This document shows, in pieces, positions 49,445-62,106 of a stretch of 64,000 nt of DNA (the first letter of the stretch is position 1; each line of letters starts with the position of its first letter). A program made the translations under genes and the position numbers. The notes beneath the pieces were generated by a model. It saw nothing but the letters and a program-made list of their open reading frames with translations. It was not told where the DNA came from and ran no database searches. Source of the DNA: Oikopleura dioica (Eukaryota > Animalia > Chordata); assembly GCA_907165135.1 (NCBI GenBank), contig OU015566.1, positions 10,230,001 through 10,294,000 of the forward strand, read 5' to 3'.

Positions 49445-50523
49445 TCAGTTATCTTCAAAAACCTGAAGAATATTTCGTTTTGTGAACTTTTTTCGGCAGC
49501 TTGGACAAGTCTTCTGTGGAAGAGAAGAGAGGCAGTTGAGGCAGGCAGTATGGCCGCATGAAGTAAGAACAGCTTTCGGATGATTTTCATCGAAAAGCTC
49601 GAAGCAGATCCTACATTTGGGCTTGTTGTCTTCTTCAGGAGCTTTTCTGGACTTCTTGGGCTCCGGAGGTTCTGAATATTTTTAATAAAATAATAATTAT
49701 GATTTCAATCTATCTTTTTTGTAACAATTTACCGGCAGTGGTGTTATCTTCATTCATTGCGTCTTCTGTGAGGAACAAGGATCGTGTTTGAACTTTCCTG
49801 CGAAATGTTTTAATCTTGCCCAGTTCTGCATTGCTTTCCTCTTCTGCTTTTTGTGCGTCTATGAAAGCTGCATTAGCCTTTTCGACGTTTTTCAATGCCT
49901 CATTCACCACTTTTTCGGATTCTTTAATCATTTTTGCGGTCTCAGCCACCTTTTTCTTTGCATCTTCGGCTTTCTTTTCCGCAATTCCTTCTTCTTCTCT
50001 TACGTCCTTATAAATTTCGTTGACGATTTCAGCACGCTCGTATTTATCTATAATAGCTTTAAAGATGAAGTATCAATTTAAATAAAAATCAATTTTATAT
50101 AAAGTATCAAATTCTAACATAGAGATCCGCCTGTATGAGCAGCATCTTTGCAGCATGTTCCAATATAGAACTCTCTGTAACTGAGTTGATCGGCCCCGCA
50201 ACTTTTGCCATTGACACCAGCGTAGCATTTGAATTTCGCATCTGTCTCTTCAAATTTTGCTGATTTATTTTCTGGAAATTTCTCTAAAGCGCAAGATCCA
50301 CAGTATCGCTCGCCATTTATATTCGCAGTTTTCTTTACCGCACTGAATACATATTTTAAATATTTATTAAATTAATAAAATTCAAGATTATACATATGCT
50401 CATATAAGATCCTTTTAAATGAAAATATTTTACATACTACCCACAGGAAGAGCATTTTCCAATCGACCCATAAGAAGTAACGAAAGATTTATTCACACAA
50501 AGATCCGTAGCTATGTTCTTCAT
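49445..50523 (-). CDS. RING-finger (C3HC4) protein with a central coiled coil and a Cys-rich N-terminus
   Basis: Last exon CRICFELFDENHPKAVLTSCGHTACLNCLSSLPQKTCPSCRK...DN*. Coiled coil AEKKAEDAKKKVAETAK...; upstream exon YCGSCALEK...CYAG...SCG...TCCKD. Putative ATG at 50523. Confidence 0.75.
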
Positions 50524-50915
50524 TGTCTGTTTTCAAAACGTTTGCGAAATACCAGTCTTGGCATAATTCAATTTTGATAGTTTTCCGACCGTTAGAAAAA
50601 AATTGAGAGATTCTATTTCCTGAAAGAATTTTTTCTCAATTTTTATTAAAATAAAACTTCTGAACAGTCCAGAGAGTGAACTTATTTGCACATACTTTGA
50701 ATGAATGATAAGAAAAAGTCGTAGCAGTATCGATTTGAATTAACGAAATAGTTGAATTAAAAAGCTTTCATACAGTTTTTCAAGAAGACAGATAAACAGT
50801 TCTTTCTCCGAAATAACATTTGACCTTATGTGGAAAGCACTCGACTTCTGCTGTACCGAATCGAAGGAGTTTCTCGCCGTAGACTTCATCTTTTGGTGCA
50901 GCTAGAAAGAAATTG

Positions 50916-53900
50916 TTAGGAAGAAAATTGGGGAAAGAGGTCAAGATTACGATTCTTCTGAAGCCATTTTTCGACGAATTCGTGAAATCTTGAATGTTTT
51001 TTGGCCGCATAACCGTTTGCTTTACGGTAAGCGACTCTTGCTCGATGAATCTTTCCAGGGATGAGCTCAGAGCTGTGCGAGCCTTTGATGTAGCGGATCT
51101 TCTTGTTGTTCAAGCCTTTTTTCACCGCAGCTTGGACAGAAAGAGTTCCAGGAGTCGTCCGAACTTGCTCATGTCGATTCGGCTCAGTTTTCATAACTGC
51201 GGTCACATTTCGACGAAGAAAACGTTGCTAGAAAAGGGAATAGTAAGCAAAAAAGGATCGTGGATAAGGGAGAGGTTTAATATTCAATTGCAGAACGAGT
51301 GAGTTTTCTGTAGAACGGATAATTGTTTTCTGTCTTGAAATTCTCTTTCTGCGCCTCTTGAAAAAATTGGGAATCTTTATTCGAATTCTTTTGCGTCTTT
51401 ACTCGCTTGCGTTTTACTTGGCTCTTTACTCGACTCTTTGCACGACTTTTAGCTTTCGTCTTTAACCTCGTCTTTACCTTCGCCATCCCTTTTTTCGTCT
51501 TTTGCTAGAAGAAAAATATTTGAGAAGAAAAGCATCATTCCAAAAACTTGAGTTACACTATCTTTCAGTCACTAATCTGCGACTGTAGTATTTTATTCTA
51601 TAATAGTTGAATCATTGCTTTTGACTTCAAGAAGTTAATGCCTGATTTTGGTTTGCTCATCTGTACAAAATTAAAACCTGCTTTAATGAGTAGAAAGCTA
51701 AGAAAGATGCTCTAGTTAACACTCGAAAATTAAGAAAACTTTAGATACCTCGAGAGAAACAAGCGAATCCGGCAGGTACTGGCCGTACTTTCCCAAATCT
51801 TCCTTCTCACTGGCTTCATCAGTCTGAACAGTTTCGGTATCCTCATCTTCAATATTCATCAGCTGAATTGAAATCTTGTTGACATCCTCCACCATATACG
51901 TTGTAACGCGGAAGAGGAACTCTTCTTCGAGCTCGTTTTCAACGCGTTTTCGGTAGACATGCTCTTCGACTGGAATGTCGTGGATAGTTGACATGTGTCG
52001 GACGATGTGCCCGGGGCTGTTGTTCTCTTCGCGGTGGTATTGATGGATGTTTAGAGCGGATTCTTTTTGAGTGATTTCTAGAGGAACTTGAAAAAAGGGA
52101 GCCTTACATGAACGTACCTATGCTGAACTTGGAAATCTGGAGAATCAGCTTGTCCAGAGTGAAAGCGTGATAAGCTGAAGTAGTGAACATTTCTCTAAGG
52201 GTATCTTCATAAACGGAATGATCAACGTTTCCATCGTAAAAGCACTTGACAAGCTCAAGGAAGGCTTTGTAATACTCATCTACTTCGACTCCGAGTGTTG
52301 GTACGCAACCAATATTTGCAGTTTCCTTGTCCATCGAATTCGAGAGCTTCCATTCTTTCAACAACGCTGCTGCTTTGTCACGGATGATTTCTAGTCGCTG
52401 GCATAGGATGGCGTGAAGGCGGAGGAGGAGGAAGTGCGTGTTGCCGCAATACATGAGGTTGAACTTTTTGGGATCATCGGGCTAACAAACAGTTAAATTA
52501 CAGAGCTTAGATATAAAAAACTCACTCTGAGGAAAGAAGGAAGCCATCTACTGATAATTTCTTTGACTTGCTCCTTCTCCGGCTTCGTTAAATTATGTTT
52601 CCTAATCGCGTGCATGATCAAAGAAGTAGCATCCTTGATCACTCTTCTGTCCGGGACACGCGTATGGTAGTGCGGCTTGTTTTCATTGCCCTGCATGGCC
52701 ATTTCGTCGCAAGTTGCTTCGATTTCGTTGATGAGATTCTTTGGACGGAGAAATTTTTGATCCGTCGCTCGGAAATTCATGCCTTGGTGATCCATGGACT
52801 TCAGGTAGTTTTTCTCGAGTTGGTCTTTCCACAGCCGATTGAAGTGTTTTTGACTTTGGCGCCACTCTTCGTTTTTAGCTTTACAAAGGTCTCATTAAAT
52901 TCAATATCGAGAAATATATTCATGTTAGAGGAGAGAGTACGATAGTTTCAAATCATTTTCGAATGTGAAAACCTTTCCTTTTAATCGTTTCAGAACAACC
53001 GGGACAGTTAGCGATGGGGACTTCTTCAACCCGTCGATGATGTCAGCAGCTTTGTCGCCGTAGATCCTGTGTATCGCTCTACGCTGAATTACATTAGAAG
53101 TTCCGCCAAGCGTATCTTCTAATTTAAACTTCACGCGTTCCTCGTCTTTCATGCGTTGCATCTTTTTCTGGACTCCTTCAAAGATTTTGATTGTGTGTAA
53201 ATTCGCTTCGATGACGTTGTCGAGTTCGAAACGCTCATCTTCGCAGCGGATGATGACATCTTCGTACTGGTTCTTTTTTGTCGAGCTGAATTGGGGATCC
53301 TCTGACCAGGTTGGAAGAGAGACCCAGATATCATTGAGAACAGAGGCTGCAAGAGGATCTTTTGAAGGCGGCCGACGATGCTCTTTGGGCATGGATCGGT
53401 AGGACGAACCAATGTGCCTAGCGTTACTGTAATCAATATCATAAGGAGTCGGCGCAGGGTTGGGCTTGGGCAATGAAACAGATGCGGCTGGGTTTGGCGG
53501 TGGGGACTTGACCAGGGGTAAACTCGACGGGCTAGGTTTGGCAGGTACAATTTGAATCGACTTGGGCGTGATTTGAAGCTTGTTGCCATGGTCTGACGGG
53601 TTCATGCTCGATTTCGGGAGATCGATTGCTTTGCCGAGGATTTTTCCGAACTCGACGAGCAGTTCCGGTGATTTGCCGATGATCGGCTCGACAAGTAAAA
53701 TCAGCTCATTGCGATTGATTATTTCGTTGTTGTAAAGACTGATGCACTTGAGAAACTGGTGATATGCGTCTGTTTCTTTGAGCATGCTTTGAACTCGTTG
53801 AAAGAATATTAATTCCGAGTCTGTTGCATATTTAGCGGCTTCGTGAAGCGTAATTCCAGAGAGCAAGCGCTTCTTTGAGCTCGTTCCAGCTGGAGATGAA

Positions 53901-55525
53901 CCAGAGTTGTTCTTCCTTTTCGACGGAACTATTGGTGTTGCTTTCTCGACTTGAGTAGTCGAAGTTGCTGGTTTGGCTAATTGATCTTCCGGTTCTGCTT
54001 TTGGCTCTTTCTTCGGCTCCTTTGCTTCTGGCTTGATTTCTGTCTGGTTTCCAGCAAGTTTTCGTTGCTGCTCAATTTGCGCTAGCCGCTGCTGCTCTTC
54101 CTTCATTTCTGGGAGGAAGTTCGTGAATTCTTCCAACAAGTCAAGATCGTTTCGCAGCAAATGAGCCATTTTAGAGTAGACATCTGCCGTCATCTCTTGT
54201 GTCTTGGGCTGAACGCGCCTAAAAGAATTGATAAGGAAGGAAAAAGTGGGTATGTTCGTACTTGTACTCGTTTAGAATTGTTAGAAATTCGCGAAAGACA
54301 CCATTGTTGTTCAAATATCTCGTGCGGATTTTCTGGATGAGATTGATTGCTTCATCGAATTGGCTGTTTGATTCGGGCTGGCTTGGGCCGGAACTGGCTG
54401 GCGAACTGGACGAGGAGGGTTTAGAAACAGATGGAGTTGGCACTTTCTTTTCCGGCATTGGTGTTGCTGGGGTTGTTGCTGGCATGGCTGACGGTACTGA
54501 TCGACTTGATAAAGATGATGCAACTGGAGTCGGTGTAGAAGCTTTCTCAGCGATCGAGGAGCTTTCCGAAACGGGAGTAATAACTGATCCTAAAATTGTT
54601 AGTTTGTTAGTTTGTTTTCATTCCCATGTTGGGGGAAAATAAGATATTTTGTGTCTCTCTTGGTAAGTTGATAATGTGAAACTCTTAAAAACGGACTAAA
54701 AGAAATTTTTTGAAAGGATTTTGAAAGGAGATCGAAATACATTCGCTTGGTTGCGCATTAATTAAAATATTTTCGTCATCAATCCGATACTAAGGTGATA
54801 TTAATTTCATCTGACTGTTAACTACAGTTCCCATAAGTTAATTTTAGCTAAATATCAAGCGATTGAAATGGTTTGATTTCTGAAGGCATATTACGAAAAT
54901 ATATGACCTTTAGTAAATATCTATATCAATGCCATAAAACGTAATGGAAAGTTTAATTTACCAGACATCTGTCCAGGGTTGGGTGACTTTGCAGGATTAC
55001 TGGCCGACGTAGAAGTGGAAGATTGTCTCGGGCCCTTTCCAGGATGATCTTCTTCGAGTCCCATGATGTCTTCTTGTCTGATTTCGTATCCCTCGGGCAG
55101 AAAAGTGTTGAAGCCGATGATCAACTCTGGGTATCCCCTGAACAACTCGCGCACTCGTCGGATCACTCCTGGCGTGTCAGTGCTCTTAATTTTGGTTCTT
55201 ATTGATTTTACGGAAAAAGTAAAACTCTTTCGACACAGATTTCTTCGTCACTAAACTTTACGTGCGTAAACTCGAAATCTTATCGACGATAAGAAACTTT
55301 CATTGAGGAGAATTTCTTTTTTTACAAACTAAAACTTATTTCGTAAGACTATTTCCAACCATCGATATCAAAATAGAACCATTCCTGAGACTTGAACTCC
55401 TTCATAATTTCCAAGAACTCATTATAAATAACTTGCCGATCATCAAACTGATTTTTCACCCTATCGAGATAGCTCAAGGCATCGATAACCCTCAAGGGTC
55501 GATTCCCCCCTTCTCCCCCGTTCAT
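50916..55525 (-). CDS. SIN3A: SIN3 transcriptional corepressor (PAH domains + HID)
   Basis: PAH1 [17 protein letters not shown]...[47 protein letters not shown]2 [16 protein letters not shown]3 and HID GSSYR...[14 protein letters not shown]...KKNQYE...[11 protein letters not shown]-terminal RFHEFVEKW. Confidence 0.95.
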
Positions 55526-55674
55526 TCTTCTTTCAAGCAATTGCTCTTCTTCTCGAATCCTCTCTATAACGGCTATTCTTCTTCGAGAAAAGGGATATTT
55601 TTCGTTAGCTTGGGAAAAAAGTGAATTTGTGAGCGGCGAGCGTAGGCGCCTGCGGGGGCAAAAATGAAAAAGTC

Positions 55675-55746
55675 CTCCCACACCGGGAATCGAACCCGGG
55701 CCGTCGGAGTGAAAATCCGAAATCCTAACCCCTAGACCATGTGGGA
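55675..55746 (-). tRNA. tRNA-Glu-TTC: tRNA-Glu (anticodon TTC)
   Basis: Reverse complement TCCCACATGGTCTAGGGGTTAGGATTTCGGATTTTCACTCCGACGGCCCGGGTTCGATTCCCGGTGTGGGAG folds as a cloverleaf with A/B boxes and TTC anticodon, followed by a TTTTT terminator. Confidence 0.96.
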
Positions 55747-56749
55747 CTGATGAGGATTTGAAAATGTACATTCTTATTGTAAGTAACTCGGCCTGACATA
55801 AATTTATTTTATTCATAAAAATGAATGTTCACAAAAACTGCATGTTTTATTGTTCTTTTACTCTTATAAGTTGCAACGCTATCAATTACAAAGAAAAAAG
55901 CTATTGTTCTAAGTAAGAATCGATCCGTGGACGAGTTGGTGATGGAAATCTTCATGGCGACATTTATGAGACGCCATGATTTCTCAAGAAAAAAAAAACA
56001 ATTTTTCTAACTAAGTCTTCATATCATTTACTTATCATAATTTCGGTAAAAAGGCGACGGCGGGAGTGGTTTACCGATAGAACTCGGACGACGTCCGAAT
56101 TCTATAAGACCGAAGTCTGAGAGGGGTTCGGACACCTGAAAGGGCCGAGTAACGAAGTAACGTACATAGCTTGCCGGAAGGTCATTAATTCACGTCGTTT
56201 CGAGTCTGAGAAAGTTCATTGAGATAAAGAAGTAACCACTCTGCCAGAGCGCCTCGAACATCCGCCTACAAAACCGATTATATCAACCGTTCCAGGCTGG
56301 AAATTCAAACATAGATTGAACCTCTTTGCATCACAGATTCATGGTGCAAGTTAAAGTCTGTGACAGTTGCATTTTGGGACAATTTACAAACCACAGGGAA
56401 TCTCAACTCTTTTGCAATTAATCTTCTTTGCCGCGGGGCCACCTTTTTCCGTGAAAACCGCAAAAATATTCTTGAAAACAATTTGCAATCAGTAGATCAT
56501 CTTCGTTAAAATTTTCAAAGCAGAAAAGTACTGTAAAAATACTAGCTCTTTATTTATGTTATTGAGACTTAGTTCCAGGTGGCCGATTTTTCTCATAAAA
56601 ATCTTGATCAGCTGTCATAAACGCATTTCAATTTTCCATCCCACTCTGCTGACACAGAAAATCGCGGCGCTCACAAAAATATCCGCCCTGGCGCTCCAAT
56701 AATCCGAAATAGGGATGATGACGATCGGAATCGCTGCACTCATCAAACC

Positions 56750-57046
56750 ATGACGAGCAATCTGAGCGGTTGGTCGGAGCTGTCTGAGGCAAACTTGGGC
56801 GCCAAGTTTCGTGCCCCAAGGCGGCTCTCTCCTCCTCGCCCTTCTGCGCCCCGTGGCCAATCACCACCATCGCCAAGCTTGGTGGAGCAAGCTCGAGTTT
56901 TGCAACGGCCGCCCCCTCAGCCTCCAGTCTTACCTAACCGATCCAGGTTCAAGAAACAGCCAAAAATACAACTCCTTCAAACCAGAGATTCCAAGAAGCG
57001 ATGCCAAATTAAAGATAAAGAGATGATTGACGAAGATACTGAATAG
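56750..57046 (+). CDS. Pro/Arg-rich short ORF upstream of the cytokine receptor (small gene or uORF)
   Basis: 98-aa ORF, open further upstream to ~56625. Stops 41 bp before the receptor ATG in a different frame. Confidence 0.25.
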   Translation: MTSNLSGWSELSEANLGAKFRAPRRLSPPRPSAPRGQSPPSPSLVEQARVLQRPPPQPPVLPNRSRFKKQPKIQLLQTRDSKKRCQIKDKEMIDEDTE

Positions 57047-57087
57047 AAGCTTAGAGAAAGAAAAATCAAGAAGCAAGAGCTACTTCA

Positions 57088-60000
57088 ATGCGAATTAGCC
57101 TCGGGCTCGCAGGAGCTGTCTCTGTCGCGGGTCATGATATTATTTCACTAGTTGGTTCTAGTGCTAGAATCCCCTCTCCAAAGAGTGGAAGTCGAATTGA
57201 TTGGACATGGAAGCCACTGGATTTTCATGGATGGGGCTGGGACTGTGCCGAAAGAACAGCAGAAGCAAGTAATGCGTGCCAACGCTGGTCCTGGGATCTC
57301 CTGAGTCAAGAAGCTCTGAGTAATGAAAACTCAATTTTCCCACTTGAAAATGTCGAAGAGACTTCCTCCGGTTTATTTATCAGTGATTTGGGAATGTCCG
57401 ACAATCGACGCTACTTTGCGCGGGATGCCAAATCTGGAGAACTGCTAAAAAGCTACGATCTAAAAGTTGGAAAGCTCCCGAGTTTCCCGACGGATTTACA
57501 GTGTGTGACCCTGGCCGAGAATCTAAAAATGACATGCGAGTGGGACATGGGATTGCAAAGCTTCCTCCCCTGGGCCAAATCTGACACGAAATTGATGTTC
57601 AAAAAAGTTAAGAACATCACCGGCTGGTCAAATGCCCAACTCAGCCAATTATCCTTCACTGATGCTGATGTTCTGTCAGAGTGTCCAAAGTACTGCACGG
57701 AAGGAAACATAGGCTGTTGCGAGTTTCAACTTTCAACGGAAGACATGAACGACGACGGTGACCTGTCTCAGCGAGTCACATTTCTGATGAAAGTCACAAC
57801 TCAAAACGAATTCGGCCAGGCAACGATGAAGAAAGCTAATTCGGAAATTATTTCACATTCACCAACGATGAACATGAAACCACTTTCGCCGAGTAACTTG
57901 AGGGCTGCGCCACCAAATGATTACGATGGTTACTCGATGATTATAAAGTGGGATCATCATCCAGGTATGGTTTCAGATTTGAAGATAAATCTCTTATGAA
58001 AAATGATTTATAATTGCAAATTTTCTTTAATATAACTTCGCTTAACAAAATCTGAAACCAAATCTACAGGCGCGATGAACAGAACCATGTACCAATACCG
58101 AGTCGAATATAAATTGCAAACAGATCACTCTTGGCAGCAATCTCGAGAAGTGTACTTGAACGAACTGGAGCTCAATTCAATGATGATCCCTTATCACGAT
58201 TATGAGTTCCGCGTCAAGGCCAAGCCAGGCATGACTGGAATGTGGTCTGAGCCTTCAGAGACGGTGACAGCCAGAACAGCGGCTACTCAACCGACTGCGA
58301 ATTTGAACGCGAAATATACTATTCTTTCGTATTCAAATAACAAGGCTAAAATCAAGTTCTTCTGGCTTCCTTATCAGCAACAAAATGCGCCAAATAATCG
58401 ATTCCGAATCAGGTTCGTAGGGACCATTTCCAACTCGATATAAAATTGTTTCTAGAGTCAAGACTCGCAAATGCCTTCCTGATCAGCAATTCCTACATGA
58501 CCGCGTTCTCTACTCAACGATCCTGAACGACCCGACCGTGACCTCGCATGAAATCGAACTCAACGTTCGCAACATTCCATGCCTCGATGTTGAATTCATA
58601 GTTGAAAATGACAAAGGAGCGACTGCACCTCAAGTGGAGCCAATCGATTTATTCAGAAGTAAGACAATACTTTCTCTACCAAGTTGAACACACGTTTAAA
58701 TCTTTTGAAACTGAACCCGGCGCGATTTTCTATAAATAATTTTTTTTTTCTTAGTTGACGTGAACGCTCCTGAAATCGAAATTGTCACTGGCACAGATGG
58801 GCACATGATCATCTCCCCCGGCGAGTTGCAAGAATCAATCTTATCCGCTAGCATCAACGTGTGCTACAACATTCCTGCCATCGGCGAGACTCCCATTTGC
58901 CACAAACAAGCGCTGTCAGAACAGGAGCTGTCAGCAAAGAATGGGCTCGTCCCGGCTAAAGCTGTGCTAACGCCTTGTTATGATTACAACGTGTATTTGG
59001 AAGGTGTGATGGCCACGACGAATGCGACGGTCAGATCGCTGCCACAAGCAATTAGAATGGGTATGTCATCTACGTAAACTACATCTGCGGATTTTACAGG
59101 TGAACATTTAGTTCACCTAATTAGTGGAAAAACGTGAATGTCAGCGTTTTCGTTGATTTCGATCAAAATATGCTTTGTTTTCACATATTCATTAAGACGA
59201 CTACGATATGTTTATTGGAAACATTCTCAGCGTCCGTGACATTACTCGAAACGAGCAGACAGGTGTTGCTCTTGCCGTCGAGTTGACTGTAAATTGGGCT
59301 GTCGGAGATGCTATTAACTTTGTCTATGGAATGCATCCTGCGATCTCTTGGCGAAATATGGCCGATGGAAAAGTTCATCATAAAATGGTATTTTACCTAT
59401 TTATACCTTCATCTTTTTTATACTTATTTTAAGGTCGATCTAGATAGGAACTTATTCTACCTAAATGAAACAGATGGAATAATTGGCGTTTCCGAAACAG
59501 CATTTTGGTTGTCAACATGTTGCAATGAGGATCCGAACTCTTGTTTTGCCCAGACGGAAGAAAAAGTCATCACGATATCAGCCGGAAGTAAGTCTAATCT
59601 TCTCCGACCTTTTTATTAAGTTTTTCATAGCTCCTGGCGTTGTTCGCGACCTTCAAATTATCTGGAGCAAGTTCGAGGATGCTTATTTCCTGCACTTCGT
59701 TGAGCCCGAGCAGACCAACTCGCCACTTAGAAGCTATCACGTTTTCTTAAAATACACGGATCCGTCTGCTGGACTCAAGGAGGTCGTTAAATCTGTTCCC
59801 GCGAGTAGCCACGAAGTTTCAATTAAATTCGATCAAGTCTGCAAAAGCGTAATGGATACGGTTCATGTTACAGTTCTCGCTTACGGAAGTGATCTGAAAA
59901 ATGGACTGATTCCTGGTCGACCAATGTTGAGAACGTATAAGTGCGCGGATTTGATAATCGAAGGTAAAATTGATATTTTCACAATCGGAGAATTACATTT

Positions 60001-61710
60001 TTAAAAGGTTTATCGACGACAATCATGGCTTCAGCACTCTTCCTTGCTGTCATCATGGTGGCACTTTGCTCATACGTCGTTTTCAACCGAAAGCAAGTGA
60101 AATTATACGTACAGCGAACGTTCTGGCCCAAACTCGAAAAGCCTAAGTTCGATTTCCACCACGATTCTCGAGACGACTTCCACTACAAAGCAGAAAAGGC
60201 ATCGCTTATTGAAGTCGAAGAGATCACAGACATCGCGGTCAACATTCTTCCCGAAATACCGAAAACGTTCCCGAAAGCACAAGATAGTACAATTGACTCT
60301 GGAATTTCCGGATCAGAGTACAGCGGCGGCTCTAGCAAGAGTATGCCAATTTACAAGCTTTCTGGTGGAATCGGGGGCTTCCCAGTGTTTGATTCGTTTA
60401 GAAGAGAGTCGAACGCCACTTCTGGAGTTATGTCTGGTTCTGATAGTGGTTCTGGTCTTGAGGTAGAAAACATTTTATTGAGCTTTACTAACATCAGTTT
60501 AAGTCTATCCATGCTCGTTCGAGTAATCATTCTGGCGACTCGCTTCTATCCAAGGGCCGTCGAGATTCTGATGCATGGAAGAAGCTCTTCCCTCAATCCC
60601 CTGACTTGTCTGACTATGTCGGTGGAGAAATTATGTCGCCTGCTATAATGGGCCACTACTCCGTTATGGACAGCAAATTTGGCCTCCAAGAGCGCACTTC
60701 GAGCCCAGTGCCGGGACAATACGTAACTGGATACGTTGAGCATTCGAATTTCAATTTGACAAATATGCCCACGGTCTTCTTGGAGAATTTCAAAAAAATT
60801 CAACAAATCAGAGAGGCCGAGGTTTTGCCATTCGATTATTTACGTAAGTAGTAACTGAATACGGCCCATGTTCAATCAAATTTTAAGCCGGTCTGCAGAC
60901 ATATGATCCTTATCATCGGACATCAGCGCTCTTCCCGAATTACAAAGAATCCTCCCCAGTTCCGGTGATTTCCCCACCAGAGCATCACCTTCCGCCTGGC
61001 TACACAAGAGCCAATATCTTTGATTTGCCTAACGATTCCAAGGACGCGTATTCCGACTACACGGACTACAATGATTACAACAAGATTCAATCGTTCATGC
61101 CACCAAAAGACGGAATTCAAATTCTCCCACCAGGATACACAAAAGCAAACATTTTCGATCTTCCCGAAGATCAACCAAAATCAACGCCGATTCCTCAAAG
61201 ACCTCGACAACCAGTGACTCGAATGAACATGTCATTTGAGTCCGACTATATTTCTGATGGAACCATGCCTCAAATAATGGCACAAAACAAAACAACTTGT
61301 CCAATGCCTTCTGCTGATGGATATGTCGGAGAAAGTTTCCTACCAAGTGCTTTTGAAAAGGCACAAATTCGCGCTCCCCCGCAACCACAGGTATTTTTCA
61401 AGATAGTGTCATTAAATCTAATCTTGCTTAGGGCGACTATAGAGGAATTCCCCAGATGAACTTGTCCCCTGACGGCTACACAACAGAATCCGACATGGCG
61501 ATGATCTCCTCCATGATTCCCAAGCACATTGCCTCCGCTCAATTCGTTCCCTCCCAAATGATCCACTCCGATTACACCACCTCCTTAGACCTAAGCAACA
61601 TTCACATACCCCGCGTCAACAGTTCCGCAAAGAGAAAAAAGTCTTTATCCCCTCCACCCAGTGGCTACGTGTCCATTGAAGGCGCGGCAATGCTGCACCG
61701 TTTTCATTAA
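57088..61710 (+). CDS. Type I cytokine receptor, gp130/domeless-like
   Basis: Signal peptide, Ig-like domain, cytokine-binding module (LQCV...MTCEW; C..C) and FNIII repeats. WSxWS-like GMWSEPS. TM ASALFLAVIMVALCSYVVF, Box1-like FWPKLEKP and a Tyr-rich cytoplasmic tail. Confidence 0.82.
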
Positions 61711-62106
61711 AATATTTTAAACAAACTGCTCCAAATAGTTCATATAAACAAGTTTTCCTTCATTCAAAAGAACTCTACCCCAACTTCCGTTACTGTATTT
61801 GTACATAATCAGCCTTAATAAACAGACAAGACTCCGCTCAAAAAGATATCAATTAATGCATCTAATAATAATCGATAAAAAGTCGAATAACACGCGCATA
61901 ATGACCTTGAAAAAATACTTTGGATTGATTCAGCTCCCTGCTTATAATTTAACGGTTTATTTTGCAGGCACGTGTGGCAATCGAATTGTTTTAGGTTATG
62001 ATTTATTTACAGTTGCATTTCATTCTGATAAAACTTCCTTGATTTTGGGCTCTTTAGGTAAATAACTTTTTTGGCGTAGGAAATTTTGAAAATCAAAAGT
62101 GAACTG

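Noticed and set aside
55349-55816. N-terminal extension of SIN3 in the ORF track
   Set aside because: It runs through the tRNA-Glu gene; the real homology starts near 55525.
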